The position numbers and the translations under genes are program-made. The notes under the pieces were generated by a model. The model ran no database searches. It saw only the letters and a list, made by a program, of their open reading frames with translations, and was not told where the DNA came from. From NCBI RefSeq assembly GCF_009914755.1, contig NC_060935.1: DNA of 64,000 nt; one strand, written 5' to 3'. This DNA is from the human T2T-CHM13v2.0 reference genome, Homo sapiens. This document shows positions 1-12,590 of the stretch, piece by piece; the first letter of the stretch is position 1; every line of letters begins with the position of its first letter.

Positions 1-935
1 AGCAAAACAAATAATCATCAGTATAAACAGACAACCCACAGATTGCGAGAAAATATTTGCAAATTATGCATCTGACAAAGGACAAATATCTAGAATTTAC
101 AAGGAACTTTAAAAAAAAAGAGCAAGAAAAAAAATAATCCGATCAAAAAGTGGGCAAGAATGGATGTTTCTCAAAAGAAGACATACAAATGGCCAATAAA
201 CATATGAAAAAATGCTCAACATCACTAAGCATCACAGAAATTCACATTAAAGCCACAATGAGATACCACCTTACCGCAGCCAGAATGGCCATTATTAAAA
301 AGTCAAAAAACAATAGCTGTTGGCATGGATTTGGTAAAAAGGGAATGCTTATACACTGGTGGTCAGAATGTAAATTAGTACAACATCTATGGAAACCAGT
401 ATATTAGATGTCTTGAATAACTAAAAGTAGATCTACCATTCAATCCACCAATCCCACTACTGGGTGTCTACCCCAAAGAAAAGAAGTTATGACATTAAAA
501 AGATACCTACAAACATGTTTATCACAGCACAGTTCACAATTACAAATTACAAAGTGAGTGGATAAAGAAAATGTGGCACATGTACACTATGAAATACCCA
601 GCTATAAAAAAGAATGAAATAATATCTCCTGCAGTGATTTGGATGGAGCTGGAGGCTATTCTAAGTAATTCAGGAATGGAAAACTAAATACCATATAAAC
701 TCACTTATAAGTGGGTGCTAAGGTATGGGTATGCAAAGACATACAGAATGGTGTAATAGATGCTGGAGACTCAGAAGAGGGGAGGGTGGGAGATAAAGGC
801 TAAAAAAGTATATATTAGATACAATATATATTATGCAGGTGATGGGTGCACTAAAATCTTAGACTTTACCACTACACAATTCATCCATGTAATCAAAAAC
901 CACTTGTACCCCAAAAGTTACTGAAATAAAATATT
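1..935 (+). mobile_element. LINE-1 3' portion (ORF2 C-terminus + 3'UTR), L1PB-like; continues beyond window start
   Basis: ORF 150-407 ([26 protein letters not shown]) is the L1 ORF2p C-terminus; 3'UTR ends ...cacttgtaccccaaaagttactgaaataaa. Confidence 0.93.
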
Positions 936-1014
936 AAGAAAGTAGGCAAAATGCATGAGGAATTATTCATAAAACAAGACATTCATATGGCTGATAAATA
1001 TAGCCATAATGGAT

Positions 1015-1041
1015 CACACACACACACACACACACACACAC
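1015..1041. repeat. (CA)n microsatellite
   Basis: about 13 CA units. Confidence 0.95.
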
Positions 1042-1104
1042 TGTGATGCTCAAACACACGAGTAATCGGTGAAATAAAAATCAAGAACACAAAAAGGAAA
1101 TGTA

Positions 1105-1630
1105 GAATATGTATGTGGAATGAAACATTAGTGAGTCTTAGAAAAGGAGATCCTGTCATTTGCAACAACATGAGTGAACCTAGAGGAAATTAAGTTAAAC
1201 AAATAAGACATACAGAGAAAGAGAAATACCATATGATCTCATTCATACACGGAATATAAAAAAGTTGAACTAATCAAAACAGAGAGTAAAATATTGTCTA
1301 CCAGGATCTTGGGGATAGGAAAATTGGTGAGATGTTGGTCAAAGGGTAAAAACTTTCAGTTATAAAATGAGTAAGTTCTGGATATCTAATGTACAGCATG
1401 GTGACTATAGTTGATAAAAATGTATTTATACTTAAAATTTGCTGAGAGTAGATTGTAAGTGTTCTCACCACAGGGGAAATAAGGGTAACTATGTGAGGTG
1501 ATGGGTATGTTAATTAGCTTGATTGGGGTAATCATTTCACAATGTATACATATTTCAAATCATTACTTTGTACATCTTAGATATATACAGTTTTTCTTAT
1601 CAATCATACCTTAATAATCCTGGAGGGGAA
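1105..1630 (+). mobile_element. LINE-1 3' end, L1MA-type (L1MA8-10-like)
   Basis: atcctgtcatttgcaacaacatg...aagttctggatatctaatgtacagcatggtgactatag...gtgaggtgatgggtatgttaattagcttg. Confidence 0.85.
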
Positions 1631-1639
1631 TAAAAATAT

Positions 1640-1890
1640 TATTTGGATAATTGGAAAAACTTTAATGAGGTCTGTGGATTTGGTGCTACTAATTATCCAT
1701 GTTAGTTTCCTGATTTTGATAATTTCATTGGTGTTATATAACATAATGTCTTTGTTAGTAAGGATTACACATTAAAGTGTTCAAGGGTGTTGAGGCATCA
1801 TGGGAACAACTTCCTTTCAAATGGTTCAGGAAAAAAATTTCTTTGAACTATTCTTGAAACCTTTATGAAGGTTTGAAAGCATTTTTTAAA
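1640..1890 (+). mobile_element. Old LINE-1 3'UTR fragment (L1MC-like)
   Basis: atgttagtttcctgattttgataat...caaatggttcaggaaaaaa...ttcttgaaacctttatgaaggtttgaaa. Confidence 0.65.
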
Positions 1891-2486
1891 AGCAGCTGAA
1901 TTATTGTAATTTTATTATGATTTCCATTTTGTTAGGTTTTTTAATTGTGTATTTGTTTTCTGGTAAAGACATCAGTCTGTCTTTAAACTGAATTGAGAAA
2001 TAGAAGCAAAATAGATGAAATGGTAGTAAAATTCACTGTGCCAGAATAAATTAGACAACCGAATGCTGATAAAAACATATATTTGTATTTGCAGTCACTC
2101 TCTGAAATCTCTGAAAATTTACAGAGAATTGGAGAGATGCTGGAAAATTATAGGTGGGGAAGTCTCCTTCCCCTCATTACACCCCCTGTACAAATTTGAC
2201 AACTACAAACCTATAAGGTTGATACTTATCTCAAAGCAATGTTTTGGAACAGGTTTTTAAGGATCCTGCCTGAGGCATTTAGAAATGACTATGGTGCCAC
2301 TTGAACTAACCAAATATAATTCATGCTTCCCTTTCCTCTCTTCTTCTCTAGACAGGTGGTTTTAGGTTGACAGATCATGGTACTGTTACAGTTTTTATAT
2401 TCATTAAGGACATGAATTATGTCTTATCATGTACTATCGGAGATTAATACTCTTCAGAGATATGGGGGTGCTCCACAAAAATTATT

Positions 2487-2845
2487 AAGGGGAGGAGACA
2501 GAGAAAAAGGAGGTAAGGGAGGACAGAAGGAAGGAGGCAGAGAAAGAAAGAAGGAAGGGAGGAAGTTAAAAAAGAAGGGAGGGAGGGAGGCGGCAAGGAA
2601 GGATAAAAGGAAGGAAGGATTAAAGGAAAGAAGAAAGGAGGCCAGGAAGGAAGGAAGAAAAAAGGAAGTAGGCAAGTAACAAAAGAAGGAAGGAAGAGAG
2701 AGGGTGAGAAGAAAGAAAAAAGGAGAAAGGGAAGGAAGGAAAGAGGGAAGCAAGGAAGTAAAGGAAAAAGGCAGGGAGGAAGCAAGGAAGGAAAGAAGGA
2801 AGGAATGAAAAAAGAAATGAAGGAAGGAGGCAGGCAGGCAGGTAG
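2487..2845. repeat. GA-rich polypurine low-complexity tract ((GGAA)n-like)
   Basis: ~360 bp almost entirely G/A; explains ORFs 2419-2679, 2444-2785 and 2454-2921. Confidence 0.95.
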
Positions 2846-5349
2846 GCATGGGATATGTGGATTTTTTTTTTAGGTATTTGGTAGTCTCTTTAGGTGAATC
2901 AATAAATGACCATGCAGTCATACTTAAAACCCTTCATTCAGGAAGTAACACCATCCTGTTCAAAAGTTAGCATTTATGTCATCCATTTTCTTCAAGGTCC
3001 TTTTGTTAATCCAATTCTCCTGTAAGCTACCATGTCTTCTCTATCAAATATGTTCAAATCATAGTCTACCACCCACTTCTACTTACCCTTCCACTGGTAC
3101 TCTTTAGTATATGGGACTCTGCCATGAGCTTCATTCCTCTACAAAAATTGCTCTCTCATTGAACACCATATAACACTCTAATTTCCGAATGCAAAAGCAT
3201 TGTTTGAACCCAATCCCATTTTACAAAATGATAAAACACCCTTCCAAGATCATTTCTAACAAAACTGCTATGATTTTTAGCTCTTTCCATTGTATATATG
3301 CTCATATTTAAGGTAGATTCTTTATAGCATGGAGAAGCTATTATTAATAGTGTTTGTGTCAATTTTTAAACTCAGAGCAATTTAGCTTTTGAAAGAGATT
3401 TTAAAATACATTGTGCATGTGGCATGTGATTTAAAAGACTCTCAAAAGGGGAATAATAAGAAGCGATGAGATAAAGATATATGAAATAATGAAAATGATA
3501 TAAAAAAACTAATAGTGTGATCCGATTAACCTTGTCCTGTAATACAAGACTATGACAGCATTTAGATCAAAGGAAAATGATCTTTACATAATGTAAAATT
3601 AATCTATGGAACTCTGAAACAAGAGATATTATTGAGGTAAATTGTTCAGCAAGTTTAAAGTGGGAGTGAATCACCTTTTAGATAACAATAAATTGCTAAG
3701 TCCATTCCAGAGCCTGAGATTTTTAAAATAGTCTCAGTTCCCATGACAGAAGGCAGAGATAATCACCATCAAAAGGCACTGTAATCTACTACAGCTAGAG
3801 CTCTCAGCATACAAAATAAAAATTCTTTGTTCAGATACAGCCCAACTGGGTGTACATATGTCTGTGAATATGCATGTACAGTAAAGGAAAAACACAACAG
3901 GACCCTGTTGAGAAGAAACAAAAAATTAAACAAAAGTAAACCTGAAATGACTAAAATGATATTATCTAATATTTTATTGAAGGAAAGATGCCTGATCATT
4001 TGAATGACATCCTTTCTATAAAACTGTGTTGAATAAAATATCAGTATAATGCAGTTCTAACTCTTTTTTAATGATCAATTACATAATACTTACTATCACT
4101 AGAGTTATTTGGTAGGAAATATCTTATTAATTAGATTACCAGCTTGGAAAAGTCTAGCGTCTAAGCACCCAGTTTAAGCTGTGTTTTTAATTACTTGTAA
4201 GACTTCAGGCACTGGATAAAATGGAAATAATAATAACTTTGAGTCCAGATAGACTTGAGTTTGAATTGCCAGACTAGAATGTCTCCACCAGTTGTATAAC
4301 TGTTAATATTTATTTAAATTATGACTTCTTTTTGTACCTATAAAAGGGGAAATTCACATGAATGTAATAGAGACTAAACACTTAAGTTTACATTGTGGCA
4401 TGCAATAAATATAATTTCTTCTTTCTTCATTAACTAGACAAGAGTTTTAGTTTCCACATCTATAAAATGAAGATAATAATTATTGGCCAACTAAGATTGC
4501 ATATGTGGGAACATTTCACAAAGTCAAAATTAATCACAAAAATCAAGCATAGTACTATGCTGTCTTTATTACTCATTATTGACCCTTGCACAGAGATGTT
4601 AATGGTAGATGAATAGATAAGAACCTAAAGACTAAATAAGGCATTTGTAATTTTCTTTCTTACCGATCTGTTTATAAATCTCTTATTTATGAGGACTATA
4701 GCTGTATGATGAACAAAATGTTGAATCTCTGCATTATCATTTACTAGTCATATGACATTATAGCAGGTCACTTGAAGGACACTTTTGTCTTAGGCAACAT
4801 GCCAGGTGTGTTATAAATATTTCATTTAAATCTCATAACAATTCAAATATGCATTATTGCTTCTTTAGCCTCATTCTTCCTGGGTAATTGTATGGATCAG
4901 AGCTAATGTACATAAATCACTGAACACAATACATGATAAGCATTCTATTAACAAACACTGTGATTATTATTACTATTATGGCACCATGGAGAAAAGTGAT
5001 TCATTACTTTTAGAGATGGGAAAGCTACAGCCCAAAGAGGTTAAACATTTGTATGTAGGGACAAGACCAGTTAGGCTCATATCCTGTCTAGTGGCCCTTT
5101 TAGAATCAGATCATATATATTATTTAGTTGTTTGGAAACGATCCCCAAAGACTAGCAAACCTGATTCTACCTGAAGATTCATCAATACCTGTTAAAACTT
5201 TTTAAAAATTATCTACAACCATGAGACCTCAGGAAAAAAAAAGTCAAGTTCTAGAGTGGACTCCGGGACTGGATTCTTCTTTAGCATTTCTCGTTTAAAA
5301 ATGATGTGCCCAGAGAAAGCTCTGGAATGGAAGCAAGAAATAGCCTTAC

Positions 5350-5855
5350 TGTGCTCCACGTTGTGTTGCCAATTTATCAGCACCACCGTTACTCCAGGGC
5401 ATTTCCCAGAATCCCTTTCCTGTATGGTTTTATGTCAAAGTTTGCCAGTGAGAGGAACTAACAGGAGGTTTGGAAAGCAGAAATGGAGCAGAAGGCATTA
5501 ATCTTAGGAGGTCATGAGGGTCAGTCTGATTGCCTTCCCTAGACTTGGCCGTGGTCTGGACCTCCCCAGAAGCTCCCCCATTTTGCAGTCACAGCAGCTT
5601 AGCAGGACTTGCCATGGGCTCCCTCTTTGGAGTAGACCCAAGTTGTTTCTCAAGCTTACTTGAAAGTTCCCCTGATGCCACCTATGCCAATACTTTGGGG
5701 TGAAGTGGTTAGTGACAATTTCTTCACTTTTCTAGTTATAGCCTTCATGCCCAGCTTCTCCCACATTTGCATATGTGTTTATGCCAATATTAAAGTTTGA
5801 TTTATACGACATTTGCAGTGGCTCTGTTTTCCTGACCAAACCAGACTGCTTCAGG
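5350..5855 (+). mobile_element. ERVL-class solo LTR (LTR33-like)
   Basis: ttcccagaatccctttcctgtatggttt...gaggtttggaaagcagaa; terminal gtggctctgttttcctgaccaaaccagactg. Confidence 0.6.
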
Positions 5856-6037
5856 CTATCCTTTAGGAGTGCATTTTTAATTAAGCCACTTTAGCTTCTC
5901 TTTCTCTCCTCATCATTCCTATAGTGATATGTCACTCTGTTCTTTCCAAGTATGAAGGGACTTCTGTTCCTTTCATAAGTAAATTATATATTACTTCATA
6001 CATCATTATTCAGAGTCAGCTATAAGTAAGAGACTTT

Positions 6038-7040
6038 AATTCATTCATTTAATAAATATCTACTAAGCTGCTACTCTTTACCAAGGAGTGGGAAAAACTA
6101 CAATGAAATATGGCCCTACTCCCATGGAACTTAAAGTTTAGCAGAAAAAAAATTGATATGAATTAAATATTTAGGCAAGAAAATGTAAAACTTCCAATCT
6201 GACAAATGCTAGGAAGAAATTCGCTGTGCTCTGTCAGTCTATAAAGGAAGTTTTCACTCACTTAGGGACTCCAGGGATTTTCCTAAGTGTGTGATGAAAA
6301 TGGAAGGGTAAGAAGTCGTTAGCTAGACAATAGAGGAGGAAAGGGTATTTCTTGAGGAGAGTACAGTAAGAGCAATATACTTGGAAGGAGTGTCAAGAGG
6401 GAAAGAATGTTAACTGGGAAGAACTGAAAAAGCATGTGGCTAGAATGAGCACGCCCAATGCTATGAGGTAGGATGCAACCAGACTACGCAGGTCAGTGTA
6501 AGCCATGTTCGCTTTCTTTTTTTCTTCCTAAAAGCATTGAAAAGCCACTGACCATTTGTAGAGAGGATATTTGCGTATTTTAAAGACCCCTTTGACAAAT
6601 AATAATGACTGGATTGGAGAAGGGCAGCATTAAGGCAGAGGGAACTTTAGAAAACTATCGCAATAGCAAAGGATACGGAAATAATCATTCCTTTTACAGC
6701 GGGAAGACTCAGAAATAATGAATAGCTAGAGTGATAGCTGCTCGTGAAGTTCAAATGAAGCAAAGATGATGAAATCAACAGGCATGCAGGAGGTGAAATA
6801 CGCATGATATGATACTGTCTTGAGTAAGGGAGAGAGAGGAGCTAAAGATTCATCCCAGATTTCTGGATTGTACAACTGGATAGATAGTGGTGCCATTCAC
6901 TAAATAAGGCATAGCAGTAGAGAACCAGGTTTGAAGGGCAATCATAGATTCATTGCGGATATTTCAAGTTTGAAGTACCTTTGAGATATCCAAGAAAAGT
7001 CAAATTGACAAGTGGATATCTGTGTAATGGGGCTGAAGAA
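6038..7040 (-). mobile_element. LINE-2 3' fragment
   Basis: reverse L2 tail attcattcatttaataaatat at 6040; L2 body motifs gatagtggtgccattcact, tttgaagtacctttgagatatccaag. Confidence 0.8.
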
Positions 7041-8519
7041 ATGCACACTCTGTAAATCAGAGGTACCCAATTTGTATTCCATTTTCTAAAATGTCTCATC
7101 AAGTGCTTAGTCTCAATTCCATTTGGCCAGATGACAGATTATTTGGATGTCTTGATCATCTGATGATATGTAAGGTAAAAGGGGAAGTCACTTATGATGG
7201 GATTCAACCTGATGGTCTCATGCAAAAAGCAATTATAATCCCGAATACTTTTTCTGAAAAGAATGGGACTACCAGCAAAATCTTAAACCTCAAAGATGTC
7301 AAAATGAATAAATAATAGGCAAGAGTCACCTCAGGAGACAGTAAATTATGTGGTTAGCAAATCTCTAGCAGCATGGGATCATGGGATTTCACCTGGTTCC
7401 CAGATGAGGAAATAAGAAGACCTCCTTGGAGTCAGATCCTGAGGGTGGGGTAGGACAGGATGAGAACTTCATCAGGGGAGGAGGTGAGATGAGACTCTTA
7501 TTCCTAGACTCTTATTCCTAGTCTCAGTTTCTAGGATTGCTTGTCTCAAAGGCTAGAAGAGACTAATATATAAGAAACTGCCAGGGCATGTTGACTATAC
7601 TCACTGAAAATAAAGAAAACTTGGAAAGAAAGTAGTGAAAAGTTGTCTCAAAAAATTAGTTGATTTTAAAAGCTTCTGTAAATATTCATTTATTTTTGGA
7701 TGAGATGTGAATTTTATTTATCTACACTGGTATATGTTGCTTAAGAAAGATATTTTTGAAGGACTGAAACAGACATGTATTTGTTCTCCAGAATATGAAA
7801 GTATGATCTCATCTAGGTAGGAATTATGTCATGGGACATGTAGTCGAAATTCTGAATTCTTTTCATACAAGACCTTTACAATGGGACTTACTTGATATTT
7901 AAACTTTAAAGGAGGGTCAATGAAGAGCAGTGATAACAATGAATTCTCCATCTTCCATGGAAAATTCTCCATCCATTTTTCCACCATCTAATCCCCTCTT
8001 TACCTCCATGACAAAACAGTAAATACACACATGCCACCACCACTCTCTGAGGATGATACTGAGTCAAGCTTTAGTTCAATTGGTCATTATCAGTAAAGGG
8101 TATTATTTGGCTCTGTCCATACACTTATTATAATGGACACTTAAAATGAATAAATATTTTGACTCAATGCATCTTCACTGTATCTTTAAAAATTGAATTA
8201 AAAACTTTAATATATCATATGTTTGTTTCTCAGAGTATTCCCAATCTGACTGGAGCCAGAGGGAATGACACGAGACTGAATTTAGATGTGCTATTGTTTA
8301 TTTATTCATTCACTCTGTTTTTGCTGATAGTCTATTATGTTCCTGGTGTGGAATAAGAAATTTGGAGAAGAAAGGGAAGATGGGGAGGGGAATACAGAGT
8401 TTCCTATTTATTCTAATCACAAGTTCAAAAGGAAAAAGAAGACAAACAGGATATATTTTTAACAAGTGTTTCAGAGCCTCTAACTTACATGCTAAAGTAA
8501 AAATGAGTTTAAGAGGAAT

Positions 8520-8716
8520 ACAGTAATTTAAGCTCTCCCTTGAAACATCAAGTTCTCGGAAATGGCCACCTTAAGTGAAAGGATGCACATATGTAAGGAA
8601 ATCATTTTTGTTTTTCTCATCAGCCTTATAAGGAAATTACATTATTCAATGTTTGACTTAAAATCACAGTTTCCAAGAACTTATTGACAATGTTAAGTGT
8701 CAATAGGTCTTACTGT
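8520..8716. mobile_element. MER82-like TcMar-Tigger MITE
   Basis: ends tacagtaa / ttactgta; inverted sub-terminal motifs gttctcggaaat..ttaag and ttaaaatcacagtttccaagaac. Confidence 0.7.
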
Positions 8717-8894
8717 AGAGACAAAAAACTATAGGAGTTCATTAGAGGGTTAAATCATGCTAGTTGTGGAGTGTGGATATAGGCTTCCTGAAGGGACATT
8801 GAAGAGTAAGTAGGCAGTAACAGAGGCACCACAAACAATGTAAGAAGACAAGGAAAGGCAGTGAGGTAGAACAAAGACGATGTGTAGAGAAAGC

Positions 8895-9153
8895 CCTCTG
8901 AAATGAAGTTAAAAAACTCTCACCTAATCCAACAAATACTTAAGTCACTTCAAGTTTAATCAGTAAGAGAGAAGTTGTTGTTCCTGCCTTTTGTTCACTT
9001 ACCCCCAAACCTGGTTATTTGGAGCACACATTAACAGTTGGACTATTTTCTTCCTTTCTTTTCTTTCTTTTTTTTTTAAAGAGATGGAGTCTCGCTCTGT
9101 CACCCAGGTTGGAGTGTAGTGGCGTGATCTTGGCTCACTGCAAACTCTTCCTC
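8895..9153 (-). repeat. Inverted copy of 10398-10645 (about 155 bp unique DNA + Alu 3' end)
   Basis: reverse complement aligns with about 13 mismatches over ~154 bp of unique DNA, then continues into the Alu tail and right arm. Confidence 0.95.
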
Positions 9154-9409
9154 AACCCTCTGCTATTTCTCACTCTTACTTCTAGGTCTTTGCATATGAT
9201 ACTTATCCCCTTTGCAAAGCAATATTCTATTAGTTTACCCCCCTCTTGAACACAACTCTGGGGAACCAGCCCTAACTCTAAACTAGATTAAGTTTGTCTC
9301 TTTTGTCCTGTCGTTCCCCAGTCATGAAACACCCTATACTCTATTCTAATTGCTCATCAACTTCTTGGTGTTCTCCACTAGGTTATGGATGGTTTAAGAG
9401 CAAGGACTC

Positions 9410-9914
9410 TGTAGTAGGCTGAATAATTACCTTTACCCATCTGTGTCCTCATCCTTGGAACCTATGAATATGTTAGCTTACATATTAAAAGGAACTTGAA
9501 GGTGAGATTACGTTAAGGATCTTCAGATTGGAAGATGATCCTGGAATCTTGTAAGCCCAACATAACTAAAAGAGTGATTATAAGAGGGGGCCAAGATGAT
9601 CAGAGTTAAAGAGAAAAGATGTAATGATGAAAGCAGAGGTCATAGAGGAGAGAAGATGCTAAGCTCCTAGTTTTGTAAATGGAGGAAAAGGCCATGAGTC
9701 AAAGAATGCAGGCAACCTCTAGAAGCTGGAAAAGGCAAACAGACTCTCCCCTAGGGCCTCCAGAAGGAACACAGCTCTGGCAACACCTTGATTTTAGCTC
9801 AGGGAAACTTATTTTGGACTTCTGACCTCCAGAACTATCAAACAATAATTTTTTATTGCTTTAACCCATCAAGTTTATGGTAATTTGTTATTGCAGCAAT
9901 AGAAGACAAATACA
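9410..9914 (+). mobile_element. MaLR solo LTR (MLT1D-like)
   Basis: tgtagtaggctgaataat...ctccagaaggaacacagctctggcaacaccttgattttagc...gcagcaatagaagacaaataca. Confidence 0.88.
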
Positions 9915-10322
9915 GATTCTATTTTATGCTTCCCCCCACCGCCCCATCCCGCCGCTGCTGACACCTAACCCAAAGACTCATACAAAATTATATTCACATT
10001 TTAAAATTATTAGATTAATGAAAACATGCTTTCCTGCAACTTAGAGACTGAAAGCCTTTACGAGAGTGATGCAGGTGTGGGAAATTGTAAGGGATCCTGA
10101 AGGATCCTATGATAAAACCCAGGATGAACTGGTGCAGGGAGAATGACCTTTTTTCTTGTGAAACATAAAAAGAAGGAAGAGTTGCCAATGACTGGAAACA
10201 GGCTGCCACAAAAATCTAGAATGTGTCCAGAAAAAAATTTAAAAAATGAATTGAGAAAAACTACAAGCTAAGTCTTCTAGTTGCTCCTAGAGTTTTCAGA
10301 AGGAGAGTTTTGACTTAAAAAA

Positions 10323-10493
10323 ACTATCCAGATGTGGCAGCGTGTGCCTGTAGCCCCAGCTACTTAGGAGGCTGAGGCAAGAGAATCACTTGATCCCGGG
10401 AGGAGGAGGTTGCAGTGGGTCAAGATTGCACCCCTGCACTTCAACCAGTGTGACAGAGCGAGATTCCATCTCCCAAAAAAAAAAAAGAAAGAA
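10323..10493 (+). mobile_element. Alu right arm only
   Basis: cctgtagccccagctacttaggaggctgaggc...gacagagcgagattccatctc + poly(A). Confidence 0.92.
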
Positions 10494-10699
10494 ATAGTTC
10501 AACTGTGAATTTGTGCTCCAGAGAACCAGGTTTGGGGATAAGTGAACAAAAAGCAGGAACAACATCTTATCTCTTACTCATTAAACTTGAAGTGACTTAA
10601 GTATTTATCGGTTTAGGTGAGAGTTTTTTAACTTCATTTCAGAGGCTCAGGTTAATCCCTCTTTATTTCTTGCTGTACCATCATTGATAGTTTGCATAA

Positions 10700-11245
10700 G
10701 ATTTCTTTCTTGTATTATTCTTTTTCATTTATCCCAAATCTCTATTCTAATATAGTTGATGTTTACCTATTTATTTGTAGGGTTCTTGTAAAAACATTTA
10801 TTAATGTTTTCTCTGCATGCATTTTTTACATAGTATTATGCTATAAATCTTAGTTTGTGTCTTACTTTTAAAGTACAGTACAGCACAGCATTTTTAAGAT
10901 ATACCTGTGTTGCTATGCAAGCCTGTTCTGTTGCTTCTGAATGATGCGTAGTGCTTCTTGATGGAACCTACTCTATTGCACCTATTTATTTCTCCAGTGA
11001 TAAATATCCAACTCACTCAGATTGCTTCCAAATCCTTGCAAACAATGCTACAATAAATAATCCCCATGCATTTTCCCTTACCAGTCCATATAAGAATGTG
11101 TTTGAATGTATACCCAGAAGATGACTTGCTGGATCATAAGGCACAAGGTATACATAATTGCACCAAATACTGCTAAACTTCTACCCTGAAAACCTATTAG
11201 CACCAGCTCTCACTTCCATCAGCTATCTATCCGGGTGGCTATAGC
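10700..11245 (-). mobile_element. Ancient LINE-1 fragment (L1ME-like)
   Basis: ttgcttccaaatccttgcaaacaatgctacaataaa...gtatacccagaag...gctggatcataagg resembles reverse L1 ORF2/3'UTR. Confidence 0.6.
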
Positions 11246-11520
11246 TCCACAGGAGAGAGGTGGCACCAAGGAGTAAATGACTCAGGTGTGCAATAGCAGA
11301 GGTAGCAACTGGGACTTCTCTCACTCAGACCTAATTATACCCCTAAAACTAAGGGTTTCCTGGCTAGATGAGAGCTCCATTCCTCCAAAGGGAATCTGTG
11401 ACAAAAATAAATAAACACAAAGGAGCAAGTAAAAAACTATCTAACAAAAAAAAATGGTTTCACTTTTTTTTCCTCCCTGAATTTACAGTTTCTGCCTTTA
11501 ATCTCTCCTTCCTCTGTCAG

Positions 11521-12330
11521 GGGCAAAAGAGGCTCAGGTGCCCAGGTGCAGGGTAGGAAGGAGGAGTGAAAGGAGAGAAACCCACGGAGAGTGCTGTGTC
11601 CACTCTGGTCTTCTCTACCTCTCAAATGATGCCTCTCTGAGCACCTCCTGGTCCCTTTGGCAGCCTGGGATGGTGTTTGGGTTTTGAAAGTATCCTCCAC
11701 CAAGGCAGAGCTCAATCTGTAGGACCGAAAGCAACATGGAGTCCTTCTCGTGCTGTGATGTCTGTTTATTCCAGCACCATACTGGGAAGGCCAAAAAACT
11801 GCTTACTACTTCTAGGCCTCTTTGGAAGCCAGAGGCTGGGGCTACCCTTCCAGATGTGCCTTCGTGACAGCTACATCAGATGGCACTCATCTTGAAAGAT
11901 TTCACAACTCAAAGCCAGGGAGTCCCGACGCAAAGTACCTGCCACAGTGAGATCCATGTGAAGGCCAGGAGCATTAGTCACCAACAGTTCACTCAAAATT
12001 GCCATCCTGAGCTTATAACCTACCTCTTCCCTTAATGTGACAACAAGAGGGTTGCAGAGTATGGAGAGAGAGCTATTAGGTCATTCACAGGGGAATTCCT
12101 GGACTGAATTCTGCTGTGAGTGTCTAAATCATGCAGAACTTGGAGAAAAATGGTGTTGCAGGCCAGGGAAGCATCTTGTGCTCTCCTGGCTCAGCGGAGG
12201 GTGTTGAAAGAAACTTGGGGAGGCCCTTCTGGCACAAACTCCATGCCACCCACCTCACCGTCTTCCCTATGTGAAGAGAGATGCAGGCAGAGGTGCAGAT
12301 CCTGCTGGGAAAAAGTCCCCAAGTAGGCAA
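11521..12330 (+). pseudogene. Possible decayed coding exon or pseudogene remnant, identity unresolved
   Basis: non-repeat-looking GC-richer island preceded by a strong acceptor (tttaatctctccttcctctgtcag|11521); the frame from 11523 runs ~267 codons with 5 internal stops (4 TGA, 1 TAA). Confidence 0.3.
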
Positions 12331-12399
12331 GTGGGCCAAACCAGATGGTATCTTCTCTAGAAAGCTCTACCTCACCTCTCCTGTCCTCTGTGATACCTG

Positions 12400-12590
12400 T
12401 GATGATGATGATGATAAAAATGATAAGAGCTAGCATTTGTATCCTTCACCACAGCATTATCCAACCTTCAACATAATTAAATAAGACCCCCTCGCTGCCA
12501 AATTTGTCACTTTTCTAACCTACTGCTAGTAACAGAGCCAGGATTTGAACCCACAACTCTTTGACCTTGGAAATTGCTCTCTTAACAAGA
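12400..12590 (-). mobile_element. MIR fragment
   Basis: gatgataaaaatgataagagctagcattt...agtaacagagccaggatttgaaccca. Confidence 0.65.

Noticed and set aside
2419-2921. Long ORFs rich in K/R/E/G or F/L/S/P
   Set aside because: Translations of the GA-rich low-complexity tract.
11650-12400. Minus-strand translation resembling UNC5 UPA/death domain or a kinase
   Set aside because: Scattered matches in conflicting order; the ORF's I-rich start is a (GAT)n run at a MIR edge. This also shows by-eye homology in this island is unreliable.
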